Below are positions 18,227 to 26,797 of a stretch of 27,098 nucleotides of DNA, piece by piece. A program made the position numbers and the translations under genes. This DNA comes from an uncultured Syntrophales bacterium. GTDB lineage: Bacteria > Desulfobacterota > Desulfomonilia > Desulfomonilales > Desulfomonilaceae. The notes beneath the pieces were generated by a model, which saw nothing but the letters and a program-made list of their open reading frames with translations, did not search any database and was not told where the DNA came from. The stretch's first letter is position 1, and each line of letters begins with the position of its first letter. The stretch lies in assembly GCA_964519135.1 (NCBI GenBank), contig CAZFJT010000001.1, positions 1 to 27,098 on the forward strand, given 5' to 3'.

Positions 18227-19000
18227 ATGGGCCAGCTTGTAGCAATAATCAGCCAAAAAGGGGGGGTTGGGAAGACTTCAACTGCCGTAAATCTTGGCGC
18301 GTGCCTCTCGGCGCTAAAAAGACGGGTTTTACTGGTTGGTATGGATCCTCAATGTGGCCTGGCGCAAAGCTTTGGGCTGGAGATTTCTTCCGATTCCGAT
18401 GGCATGTTCAGCGCGATTAAAGGGAATGCGCGCATGGATCATATCATTCATCAGACGAATCCTAGATTACCAAGATTGGATATGGCGGCGTGCAATATCT
18501 CATCCGCGGCTCAGGAGATAGAGTATTTAAACATACTTCAGGCGAATCCATCAATGCTGGCCGAGCTTCTCAATGATATGCGGCCACACTATGATTATAT
18601 CTTCATAGATTGCCCCCCAAGATTGGACAGTCCGACTCAGTCTGCGTTGATAGCCGCTGACTCCTATTTGGTTCCCGTCCAATGCGAATACGCCTCAGTA
18701 GGCACAGTGGGAGCGGTGTTGAGATCAGCGCTGGAAGTGAAAAGACTAAAAAATCCCGGACTCGGCATTTTCGGATTTCTGATCACAATGGCTGACAAAA
18801 GGGCCTCTTTTACATACGGCGTCATTAAGGAGATAAGGCAATATCTTAAGGAAAGGGTTTTTAAAACAATTATTCCCCGCGATCCTAAATTGGCTGAGGT
18901 CCCTGTTAGGCAATCTCCCATAATTGCTTACGACAAGAATGCTGTCGGCGCCAGGGCCTACATACAATTGGCGCGGGAAATCCTCAGTAAATCTAGTTAA
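18227..19000 (+). CDS. ParA/Soj-family ATPase within the chemosensory cluster
   Basis: Deviant Walker A KGGVGKT, MDPQ, Walker B YDYIFIDCPP, VPVQCE and IIPR. Confidence 0.92.
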   Translation: MGQLVAIISQKGGVGKTSTAVNLGACLSALKRRVLLVGMDPQCGLAQSFGLEISSDSDGMFSAIKGNARMDHIIHQTNPRLPRLDMAACNISSAAQEIEYLNILQANPSMLAELLNDMRPHYDYIFIDCPPRLDSPTQSALIAADSYLVPVQCEYASVGTVGAVLRSALEVKRLKNPGLGIFGFLITMADKRASFTYGVIKEIRQYLKERVFKTIIPRDPKLAEVPVRQSPIIAYDKNAVGARAYIQLAREILSKSS

Positions 19001-19184
19001 TGGTCAGTTGTTGAGACCCTGTGATTCAATAGAACACCAGCTTTCTTTGGGCCATATTTTTTAAATCACTAAAGCGCTCACTGGTGTGCGGAGAAATGGA
19101 TATCAAAGCATGGTTTAATACTTAGCCAATTTACGCAATTAATACCGCACGATCGCCAGGGGGTTGGCGCCGGGGATAGACTAA

Positions 19185-20249
19185 ATGGATGATATTTCAA
19201 ACAATAAACGGGTTCGAGTTCTTGTGGTGGACGATTCCGCTCTCATGCGTAAGCAGATAAGCTCGATTTTGGAATCAGACTCTCAATTGAGTGTTGTGGG
19301 GGACGCAAAAGATGGTGAAGACGCTTTGGCCAAGATTGGGGAACTCAAACCTGATGTTGTTACATTAGATGTTGAAATGCCCCGCATGAACGGCATAACC
19401 GCCTTGAAACACATAATGTTGAAGCACGCCATTCCCACGGTAATGATTAGCGCTCTAACAAGCGAGGGATCAAAGACCACTTTTGACGCTTTGAGATACG
19501 GAGCGGTCGAGGTTATCTCAAAACCCTCCAGGCGAGATACCGATAGTTTGGAAGCCCAGAGTAAGGACATAATTTCCAAGGTAAAAAGGGCGGCCGTAAT
19601 AAGAACCGGAAGGCTTAAGTATGTTAGAGTCGCTGGGGACGAGGCTATGAAGTCCGCTGAAAACATGACGCCCGCTGATAATGATACTGCGGTAGTGGGA
19701 ATGGTTACCGGAACAGGCGGTTATTATACTCTGTTAAGAATCATTCCGGCCTTGGCCCCTGATTTCAGTGGAGTCATAGTTGCTGTGATGAATATAAGAT
19801 CCAAATATGTAGAGCCATTTATCACATATTTGCAAGCCCATAGCAGGGCGCCTGTCCAGACGGTGAAAGGCATGGCCTCTCCAAAACAAGGTTGCTGCTA
19901 TGTATGCGCGTCAGAGGATCTGCCGGTAATTGAGAAATCCAATGACAGCGCCCTAAGAATAAGGCTGGAAGGGCCATCGGATCACCCTTTAAACCCAGGC
20001 CCATTGGATCGTTTTTTAATGTCCCTGTCTTTTGCATTGGTTGAAAAATCTGTTGGAATAATCTTAACAGGCGCTGGAAAGGACGGAGCTGAAGGACTCG
20101 CCAGCATTCGTCACGCTGGAGGAATCGCGGCGATACAGGATATCAACAACTGCGCGGACCCATCCATGCCGTTGGCCTGCCTTGAAAAGGGCACAGTGGA
20201 CAGGATAATACCTGATTATGAATTGGCTGATTTCATTAATAGCGTTTAG
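19185..20249 (+). CDS. cheB: CheB-like response regulator (REC + esterase fold) lacking the catalytic Ser and His
   Basis: REC: VVDDSALMR, D62 (LDVEMP), SKP. Esterase fold: VTGTGG, VMNIR, ILTGAGKDGAEG. Confidence 0.88.
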   Translation: MDDISNNKRVRVLVVDDSALMRKQISSILESDSQLSVVGDAKDGEDALAKIGELKPDVVTLDVEMPRMNGITALKHIMLKHAIPTVMISALTSEGSKTTFDALRYGAVEVISKPSRRDTDSLEAQSKDIISKVKRAAVIRTGRLKYVRVAGDEAMKSAENMTPADNDTAVVGMVTGTGGYYTLLRIIPALAPDFSGVIVAVMNIRSKYVEPFITYLQAHSRAPVQTVKGMASPKQGCCYVCASEDLPVIEKSNDSALRIRLEGPSDHPLNPGPLDRFLMSLSFALVEKSVGIILTGAGKDGAEGLASIRHAGGIAAIQDINNCADPSMPLACLEKGTVDRIIPDYELADFINSV

Positions 20250-20271
20250 AGCATTAAGGACACTTCTTTGA

Positions 20272-20562
20272 ATGAATTTAGAACTGAACCCGGCTCAAGC
20301 TGAAGAATCCTACGCAAAAATATTAGACATACTTGATCGTAATAACCTTCTGGCTGAAAGATTGCCTTATACAAAAGGATTATTCGAGGAAGCCTTGTTT
20401 TTCTGTTACAAGATGCGATTGATAACCCAGGGTGATGTTAAGAAAATGCTCGGGTTGGACAGACAAGGTCTGAAAATACTAATAAATGAATGGAATAGCG
20501 GCGACGAAGGAAACTGCTCGTGCAGGCTGGCCAGAAATCCCTTTGCTGATGAAATTGAATGA
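20272..20562 (+). CDS. Hypothetical protein, 96 aa, possible HTH and C-terminal CxC
   Basis: 22 nt after cheB with an AAGGA SD; ITQGDVKKMLGLDRQGL resembles an HTH; NCSCR near the C-terminus. Confidence 0.7.
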   Translation: MNLELNPAQAEESYAKILDILDRNNLLAERLPYTKGLFEEALFFCYKMRLITQGDVKKMLGLDRQGLKILINEWNSGDEGNCSCRLARNPFADEIE

Positions 20563-20581
20563 AAGTGTGTGACCAATTTTT

Positions 20582-21322
20582 CTATTGTTTTATAGAGTAA
20601 GGGAATTCAAGGCCTGGATTATGTTTCCCATGAATTTTCTTAATCTTTTTTATGTCATCTTTGAAGGCGCCCCATTCCTTATTGATCCAAACAGCTTTTG
20701 ATTGAAAAATTTCCGCCATGGTTTCCATCATTACCGTTAAATTTACGAAAACAGGTCTTATTACAGTATCTTCCGTGAAATAGACCAGAACAGGCGCTGC
20801 ATTTTGCTCTTTGCTTTCACAATCCACAAAATAGTATTCATCCTGGAATTGAAACACAGGGAACCATGCTTTGCGCCAGCCTGAAAGTAATCTTGTATCC
20901 ACTAAGGTTTTATACTCTGAGATGGCGCGATCAAGCGTCAAAAAATCATGGTACCAAATAAATGGAACATTGGAGGCCGGGTCGCATCCATTGTAAAGGT
21001 TGTACAAATCTATCAGCTCCTTTGGCGGGCGTAGCCCCAGACCAAGGAACTTCTCTTTTATCAAGCTTTCACTGAGACCCGGTTGAAGGGATTTTGCCAC
21101 TTCCGGCGCATTATTGTCATGCCATTGTTTGATCAGGACAATGGACTCCGACAATCTTTTAGTATCATACGCGTTATCAGCGGCTACCATAAGCGTCTTA
21201 TCAGCGCCGGGCCATTTTATCATGCGCTCTTTTTTGCAACCTTGCGAGGTGATACAAATCGCCCCAATCACTAAAAATAGCGGGAATAAATCTAAACCGA
21301 TCCTATGGGAAAATGATCTCAA
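20582..21322 (-). CDS. SMI1/KNR4 (SUKH) family protein with putative lipoprotein signal
   Basis: LQPGLSESLI...LGLRPPKELIDLYNLYNG and WFPV...YYFVDC patterns; hydrophobic stretch followed by TSQG-C. Confidence 0.75.
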   Translation of the reverse strand: MRSFSHRIGLDLFPLFLVIGAICITSQGCKKERMIKWPGADKTLMVAADNAYDTKRLSESIVLIKQWHDNNAPEVAKSLQPGLSESLIKEKFLGLGLRPPKELIDLYNLYNGCDPASNVPFIWYHDFLTLDRAISEYKTLVDTRLLSGWRKAWFPVFQFQDEYYFVDCESKEQNAAPVLVYFTEDTVIRPVFVNLTVMMETMAEIFQSKAVWINKEWGAFKDDIKKIKKIHGKHNPGLEFPYSIKQ

Positions 21323-21350
21323 TCTGATCCATTAACCAATGACAATAGAT

Positions 21351-21659
21351 CTAAACACTGCAAGCGCATGAGTGGTCTTGCTCTGGCGCCCCTATTTCCT
21401 CCACCAATTCTAAAGTCGCGCCACTTTTTCTAACAAGATCCGCGCTCTCCAATTGATCGAGCAAAATATCGCATTCTTCCCGGGATTTGGATAGATACAC
21501 AGGCAGTAGCTCCTGAACTCGATCCAGGTCATCGGCCAGTTTTAGGGAGTATAGGTTCACAAGCACTTGGAGGTGCAGAAAATCCAGGCCTGCAGAGGAT
21601 ATTTTTTCATTGATTACCTGATCTGTCATCACCAGTTGGCTTACACCATCAGAACACAT
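21351..21659 (-). CDS. Hypothetical protein, 102 aa, winged-helix-like with Cys/His termini
   Basis: AGGAG SD; LLDQLESADLVRK resembles a wHTH; begins MCSDG and ends DHSCACSV. Confidence 0.75.
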   Translation of the reverse strand: MCSDGVSQLVMTDQVINEKISSAGLDFLHLQVLVNLYSLKLADDLDRVQELLPVYLSKSREECDILLDQLESADLVRKSGATLELVEEIGAPEQDHSCACSV

Positions 21660-21732
21660 GATATTCTCCTATGACGCCGCGATGGTCGCAATAAACTTTT
21701 GGAATAACGATAGGGGAACTATTGAGTCTCCT

Positions 21733-22611
21733 CTATAATACTTTGTTCAAATCATATTCTATTATACCAGTGGCCCCGGCTTTTAAAAGTTTTGGTATGA
21801 GGGACCGGACCACCTCTTCTGAGACCACTGACTCCACTGAAAATGAATCTGATTTATAATGTCCGGCCACAGTCGGCGCCTCGAGTGAAGGTAGCAAGCC
21901 TACCACTATGTCCAGTTTATCCTTTGCCACATTCATCTTCAGGCCAACCATCTTTCTGGCTTCCAAGGCCGCTTGTAGAAGCAAATGGATCTGATCGATC
22001 TTTTCCTTTTTAAAAGGATCTTTATAAGATTGATGGTTTGAGATGAACTGGGTGTTGGTTGTGAGCAGTGTATGAATGATCTTGAGTCCATTTGCCCGCA
22101 ATGTGCTACCTGTTTCAGTAACATCCACAATTGCGTCAACAACGCCTTCTTTTACCTTGGCTTCTGTGCTGCCCCAGGAAAACTCTACCTCTATGGGTAT
22201 GTTTCTTTCTGAGAAAAACTCCTTTGTAACGCGCGTCAGCTCAGTGGCTATTCTCTTGCCTGCCAGATCTTCAGGTTTTTCATATCCGGACTCTCCATCA
22301 ACGGCAAGAACCCACCTGGCGGGATGCTGGGATACCTTTGAATACACGAGATCATCTATGACTTTCACGTCAGAGCCGTTCTCCATTATCCAATCCTTGC
22401 CGGTCAGCCCCGCGTCAAAAAGTCCTGATTCAACATACCTGGAGATCTCCTGGGCCCTGAGTCTTGCCAAAACCAGCTCTTCATCATCCACAGTGGGAAA
22501 GTAACTCCTGGGTGATATGTTAATGTTCCAGCCGGCCCTGGCGAACAGATCAACTGTGGCCTGTTCCAGGCTTCCCTTTGGTATTATAAGCTTTAAGGGT
22601 TCCCTATTCAT
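21733..22611 (-). CDS. hisG: ATP phosphoribosyltransferase, long form
   Basis: [40 protein letters not shown]; C-terminal regulatory domain (LPSLEAPTV). Confidence 0.96.
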   Translation of the reverse strand: MNREPLKLIIPKGSLEQATVDLFARAGWNINISPRSYFPTVDDEELVLARLRAQEISRYVESGLFDAGLTGKDWIMENGSDVKVIDDLVYSKVSQHPARWVLAVDGESGYEKPEDLAGKRIATELTRVTKEFFSERNIPIEVEFSWGSTEAKVKEGVVDAIVDVTETGSTLRANGLKIIHTLLTTNTQFISNHQSYKDPFKKEKIDQIHLLLQAALEARKMVGLKMNVAKDKLDIVVGLLPSLEAPTVAGHYKSDSFSVESVVSEEVVRSLIPKLLKAGATGIIEYDLNKVL

Positions 22612-22957
22612 CTATTTCCTTGAATTCTCCGTTTTCTTCTATTCGCCTGAAGAAGCAGCTCCATCTCTTTGTATGGCATGCTCCATCCCCCTGCTGATCC
22701 ACGAGCAATAGTATGGTGTCGGAATCACAATCCACCAGCACATCCCGCACAATCTGGATATCGCCCGATGTGTCGCCCTTTCGCCATAACTCACTTCTGG
22801 AACGGCTCCAATAGCAGGCTCTCTTCTCTTTTAAGGTGGTTTCAAGGGCCTGTTTGTTCATATAGGCCAGCATAAGGACCTTTCCGGTCTTTACATCTTG
22901 GGCTATTGCAGGAACCAGCCCTCCGGATTTTTCAAAATCAACATCCAGTTGATCCAA
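22604..22957 (-). CDS. hisI: Phosphoribosyl-AMP cyclohydrolase
   Basis: [47 protein letters not shown] 22957 is 9 nt after GAGGAG and avoids overlap with the upstream gene. The stop overlaps the hisG ATG. Confidence 0.95.
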   Translation of the reverse strand: MDQLDVDFEKSGGLVPAIAQDVKTGKVLMLAYMNKQALETTLKEKRACYWSRSRSELWRKGDTSGDIQIVRDVLVDCDSDTILLLVDQQGDGACHTKRWSCFFRRIEENGEFKEIDE

Positions 22958-22970
22958 TGTTCTAGACTCC

Positions 22971-23363
22971 TCATCTTGTAATAGGGGGTTCCCCCTGATC
23001 ACTCATGAATTCTCTTTCCAGGGCGCCCAGCAGGGCAAGTACCAAGTTTGAGGCAACCTGGGCCTTTTGCAGATCTATTGATCCATCCATAACTCCCTGT
23101 AAGAGGTAATTTAATACACCAATGGCCTCTTGGGGGTTATTAACTTGAAATGAGCCCGGATCTTCCATTTGAGCGCCTCCTTGGGCGATAATACCTGCGC
23201 GTTTTGCTGTTGCCCCTTTACCATGGCCCCTTTTTTCCAGGATATCCTCAAATATCTCTATGGCCTCTGGAGTATAATCATCCCGCTCATATTTTAATAT
23301 TTCCAGAATTTCTTCAGTTGATTTCTCTTCAAGAACCGTACGGTCAACACTATAATCAGCCAC
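22971..23363 (-). CDS. Hypothetical helical protein
   Basis: GTG 23363 is 5 nt after GGAGG (the track uses 23375); [20 protein letters not shown]; its stop overlaps the hisI SD, implying an operon. Confidence 0.75.
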   Translation of the reverse strand: MADYSVDRTVLEEKSTEEILEILKYERDDYTPEAIEIFEDILEKRGHGKGATAKRAGIIAQGGAQMEDPGSFQVNNPQEAIGVLNYLLQGVMDGSIDLQKAQVASNLVLALLGALEREFMSDQGEPPITR

Positions 23364-23392
23364 CTTGTCCTCCACAATATTGCCAATATCCT

Positions 23393-23421
23393 AGCATATA
23401 ATGAGTGAGCTTACCTTTCAA
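23393..23421 (-). promoter_or_regulatory. Candidate sigma70 promoter for the hyp-hisI-hisG operon
   Basis: TTGAAA-17 nt-TATGCT on the minus strand, 30 nt upstream of GTG 23363. Confidence 0.4.
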
Positions 23422-23685
23422 TGCAATGGCTCGCCCTCTAGGTTTTTTTACGCGAGTTATCCGATCACCGCCCGCGGCCAAGCGCGCGTCAAGTTTCTTC
23501 ATTTTTATACCGTTGCGCATTCAAACAATGAACATTGAATATAGTTGACCGGCGTTCCGATTCGCTGCGTTTAATTCGCACAGCTCAGGAAACTTCGCTC
23601 ATCGGAAGCAGGCCAACTTCGTATTTATTCAATCTTCGAACGCAAATTGATGTTACACTTCTGAACGCTAAATGGTATTAACCGG

Positions 23686-23955
23686 TCATCGTGTGATACG
23701 CCAATTGAATTGTTTATCAAATTGTAAATGATGTGAAAGTTTCACAACCCGATCGCTTCTTTCCCACTCCATCTCATCAAACCATTTTTTCATATCTCTT
23801 AAAGAACAACTTGATAGAGTTAAGGAAAAGGATAAAGCCAACACCAGCGCAATCATTAGACGAGCTTTTCCCCACTGGACGGCTCTAATCTTATCGAGTG
23901 AGTTGGTATTGACTCCAGACTTTTTGTTAAAGTAGCGTTTTAGGTTTTGCGTCAT
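23686..23955 (-). CDS. Putative small lipoprotein
   Basis: Hydrophobic stretch LMIALVLALSFSLT followed by lipobox LSS-C; ~40-aa mature part; start uncertain. Confidence 0.5.
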   Translation of the reverse strand: MTQNLKRYFNKKSGVNTNSLDKIRAVQWGKARLMIALVLALSFSLTLSSCSLRDMKKWFDEMEWERSDRVVKLSHHLQFDKQFNWRITR

Positions 23956-24136
23956 TTGATTTTATCTATTTCCTATATATACTTGAGACTTAATAGGAAT
24001 TTCTTGATATTTCCATCCGTGTGTGCTAACATCGTCCTGGATCTTAAATTAGGAGAGTCTCGGCCAAGGATATTATTTATTCTCCAAGGCCTAACTTTCT
24101 CAACCAAAGTGTTAACACAATCCCGGAGGATGATAA

Positions 24137-24595
24137 ATGAAAACGGTTCTAAAAATAGCCTGCGCACTTATTATTTCATTGGTGTTGGCTATCCCGGTGT
24201 GCGCTTATGAAACGGATTTTGATGACCTGAGGGAATTCAACAGAGACCTCCCGGGTTGGAAACTTGGTAGAGGTTTTGTAAATATGCTTTCAGGTCCCCA
24301 TGAATTCACCACCCACATAGCCAACAACTCTATCCAGGGCGCTTATAACGGTTCATATGACGGCGGCTTTCAGGGTTATTTGGCCGGTTCGGCCAACGGC
24401 CTTATCGCGGGCATCTGGCCCGGATTGAAACATGGGGTCAGGAGAATGACCGTGGGCGCGTTGGAGATGATCACTTTCTGGTCACCTGAGTATGGCCCTA
24501 CCATGGACCCCACATATGGGACCAGAAACATGGCCTTTGGGGAGCAGGATTATTTCGATCCTAATCCATTCTGGTACAATGGGCCGCCAAGGTAA
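24137..24595 (+). CDS. Secreted protein resembling TIGR04073 (exosortase system-associated)
   Basis: GGAGG SD and signal peptide; KLGRGFVNMLSG..E, Gly-rich stretch, RMTVGALEMITFW.P. Confidence 0.6.
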   Translation: MKTVLKIACALIISLVLAIPVCAYETDFDDLREFNRDLPGWKLGRGFVNMLSGPHEFTTHIANNSIQGAYNGSYDGGFQGYLAGSANGLIAGIWPGLKHGVRRMTVGALEMITFWSPEYGPTMDPTYGTRNMAFGEQDYFDPNPFWYNGPPR

Positions 24596-24635
24596 TCGAA
24601 GTATGAACAACTCCATCTCAACTTAATAATTATCT

Positions 24636-24669
24636 TAGCCGGTCGGTTCCATGTGGCGCCGGCCGGCTA
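24636..24669. terminator. Hairpin between convergent genes, likely bidirectional terminator
   Basis: TAGCCGGTCGG / CCGGCCGGCTA, 11-bp stem with one non-Watson-Crick pair; the right arm includes the trxB stop. Confidence 0.55.
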
Positions 24670-25590
24670 TTTATTCAGTGTCAAAAGATATTGCTGCGCG
24701 CTGTAAGCCGCAAGCGCGCCATCTCCAACTGCGGTGGATATTTGCCGCAACTGCTTGGATCTTATGTCTCCTGCCGCAAATATTCCGGGGATCGAGCAAG
24801 CCATCTCTGTATCGGTTATAATAAAACCCGCCTCATCTGTGTCCACAGGACACCGTACATTCAAAGTATTGGGCTTAAGACCCACATAAAAAAACACGCC
24901 GTTCACAGGTATCTCCGAAACAGAGCCGTCCTTTACGGACTTTATTTTAAGGGCCTCCACTTCTGAATCACCCTTTATTTCCTCAGGCACATGGCTCCAA
25001 TGAATCTCTACCTTGGGCTCATTAAAAGCTCGTTCCTGGATTTCCTTTATAGCGCGCAATTCATCCCTGCGATGGACAAGATGGACCTTAGAGGCGAATC
25101 TGGCCAAATAGACCGCCTCTTCAACCGCTGAGTCACCTCCTCCAATAACAGCGACCTGGATATCCCTGAAAAAAGGGCCATCACAGACCGCGCAATAGCT
25201 CACCCCTTTTCCGGCCAATTCCAATTCACCCGGCACACCCAGCTTAACAGGAGAAGCTCCGCAAGCGAGAATCACCGCGTTTGAAGAATATTCCCTGCCA
25301 CTGTCCGCGGTAATTATAAAGCCATGATCCTGTGGTTTTAGTTCGGTTATCTCGTCCTGAACCACCTCCACTCCGAATCTCTTTGCGTGTTCCTCCATCT
25401 TTTGGGCCAGCTCAAACCCCAGAATGGGCTCGCTGAAGCCAGGATAATTTTCCACTGTTTCTGTCGCGGCCATTTGTCCTCCCGCGACACCCTTTTCCAA
25501 CAGCAGAACCGGAATCCTGGCCCTTGCGGCGTACATACCGGCCGTGAGACCAGCCGGACCCCCGCCGACTATAATGAGTTCAGTGTCCAT
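24667..25590 (-). CDS. trxB: Thioredoxin reductase
   Basis: GGGPAG, GVSYCAVCDG, GGGDSAVEEA, HRRDELRA, FAAGD...QISTAVGDG. Confidence 0.97.
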   Translation of the reverse strand: MDTELIIVGGGPAGLTAGMYAARARIPVLLLEKGVAGGQMAATETVENYPGFSEPILGFELAQKMEEHAKRFGVEVVQDEITELKPQDHGFIITADSGREYSSNAVILACGASPVKLGVPGELELAGKGVSYCAVCDGPFFRDIQVAVIGGGDSAVEEAVYLARFASKVHLVHRRDELRAIKEIQERAFNEPKVEIHWSHVPEEIKGDSEVEALKIKSVKDGSVSEIPVNGVFFYVGLKPNTLNVRCPVDTDEAGFIITDTEMACSIPGIFAAGDIRSKQLRQISTAVGDGALAAYSAQQYLLTLNK

Positions 25591-25592
25591 TA

Positions 25593-25931
25593 TTATGAGA
25601 CCCTGTCCAATAGCTCCTGGATCCTGCTCTTTGGCACAGCCCCAACTATTTGGTCCACAACTTCCCCATTGTTAAAGAGCATTAGTGTGGGTATGCCTCT
25701 CACTCCATATTTTGTGGGTGTTTGCTTATTCTCATCCACGTTCATCTTGCACACTTTGATCTTTTCAGCGTATTCACCGGCCAGCTCTTCCACTATTGGC
25801 CCCACTGACCGACATGGTCCGCACCATGCCGCCCAAAAATCCACAAGGGCGGGCTTGTCAGCGTTTATTATGTCATTTTCAAAGCTGTCGTCAGTCACTA
25901 TCACCAGGTTTTCACTACTAGCCATTATCAT
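25593..25931 (-). CDS. trxA: Thioredoxin
   Basis: VDFWAAWCGPC, YGVRGIPTL; AGGAGG SD (start 25931 or 25925). Confidence 0.97.
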   Translation of the reverse strand: MIMASSENLVIVTDDSFENDIINADKPALVDFWAAWCGPCRSVGPIVEELAGEYAEKIKVCKMNVDENKQTPTKYGVRGIPTLMLFNNGEVVDQIVGAVPKSRIQELLDRVS

Positions 25932-25938
25932 CTTCCTC

Positions 25939-26181
25939 CTACTTCATGTTGTTTTGTTGGCAATGTTCCCTTAGAAACCGCCTCAGTCTACGCTTTACAG
26001 GCTCAGGCGCTTCTGCGGGTATGGCTTTGCCACATATAAGAACAGTACGCTTTAATCCTTGATACACAAGTTCACAAGGTGGGCATTCACTTAGATGCTC
26101 CTCGATCAGCCTGCATTCATACTCATCTTTTGAGCCATCCAGATAATCGGATAATTGTTGGCAAAAATCCTTACAGTTCAT
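25939..26181 (-). CDS. Soluble zinc-binding anti-sigma factor (zf-HC2/ZAS)
   Basis: LSDYLDG...EEHLSECPPC (HxxxCxxC); no TM segment; follows the ECF sigma. ATG 26181 chosen over GTG 26211. Confidence 0.88.
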   Translation of the reverse strand: MNCKDFCQQLSDYLDGSKDEYECRLIEEHLSECPPCELVYQGLKRTVLICGKAIPAEAPEPVKRRLRRFLREHCQQNNMK

Positions 26182-26200
26182 CTTTGGACCTTCTCCTGTA

Positions 26201-26797
26201 TCAGGACTCACTCAATTCAGCGTAATACTTAGATAACGTCTCTCTGACCCAATTCCTGGCCCTATGCAGTCTGGATTTTACCGCAGGAACTGAACACTCC
26301 ATAATGTCCGCCACCTCAGCAAGGCTGAAACCTTCAACATCTTTAAGGACGATTGTTGATCTGTAAAGAACCGGCAATTCTTCTATTGCCTCCTCTATCT
26401 GCTTCTTGCCTTCCTGGGATAGCAAAAGGCTCTGGGGAGTCTTCACATAAGCTTCTGAAGATCCCAAATGTGGAAAATCAGCGCCCACTTTTACTCCATC
26501 ATCGTACTCCACACTCTCGGGTCTCTTTTTTCTCAAGTACATAAGGGCGTTATTAGTGGCTATTCTAAAGAGCCAAGTGGAAAACGATGACGCCCCTGTA
26601 AAATTCTTCAATCCTCTGTAAGCGTTCAAGAATGTTTCCTGTAATAGGTCTTCCGCAAGGGACGGATCTTTAACCATTTTGCTCAAGTGTCTGTATATCC
26701 TGCCTTCATATTGATCCACAAGGTCTTCAAATGCGTCGAAATCCCCGTTTGCCGCTGATTCCACCAGGTTTTGTTCTTGGGATTTTTGTAAACTCAT
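26201..26797 (-). CDS. ECF RNA polymerase sigma factor
   Basis: Region 2 AEDLLQETFLNAY...FSTWLFRIATN; region 4 LKDVEGFSLAEVADIMECSVPAVKSRLHRAR. Confidence 0.95.
   Translation of the reverse strand: MSLQKSQEQNLVESAANGDFDAFEDLVDQYEGRIYRHLSKMVKDPSLAEDLLQETFLNAYRGLKNFTGASSFSTWLFRIATNNALMYLRKKRPESVEYDDGVKVGADFPHLGSSEAYVKTPQSLLLSQEGKKQIEEAIEELPVLYRSTIVLKDVEGFSLAEVADIMECSVPAVKSRLHRARNWVRETLSKYYAELSES

Noticed and set aside
8261-20037. Minus-strand and alternate-frame ORFs over the che cluster (e.g. 9023-9550, 10012-10461, 12655-13119, 17694-18245)
   Set aside because: They overlap strongly supported genes and translate to Ser-rich antisense-type sequences.
9459-20090. Idea that the two CheBs complement each other's missing triad residues as a heterodimer
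   Set aside because: The CheB triad forms within one domain, and neither protein clearly supplies a His at the canonical position.
23947-24210. ORFs 23947-24210 (+) and 23973-24167 (-)
   Set aside because: They overlap the TIGR04073-like gene in a divergent AT-rich promoter region and have no protein-like features.
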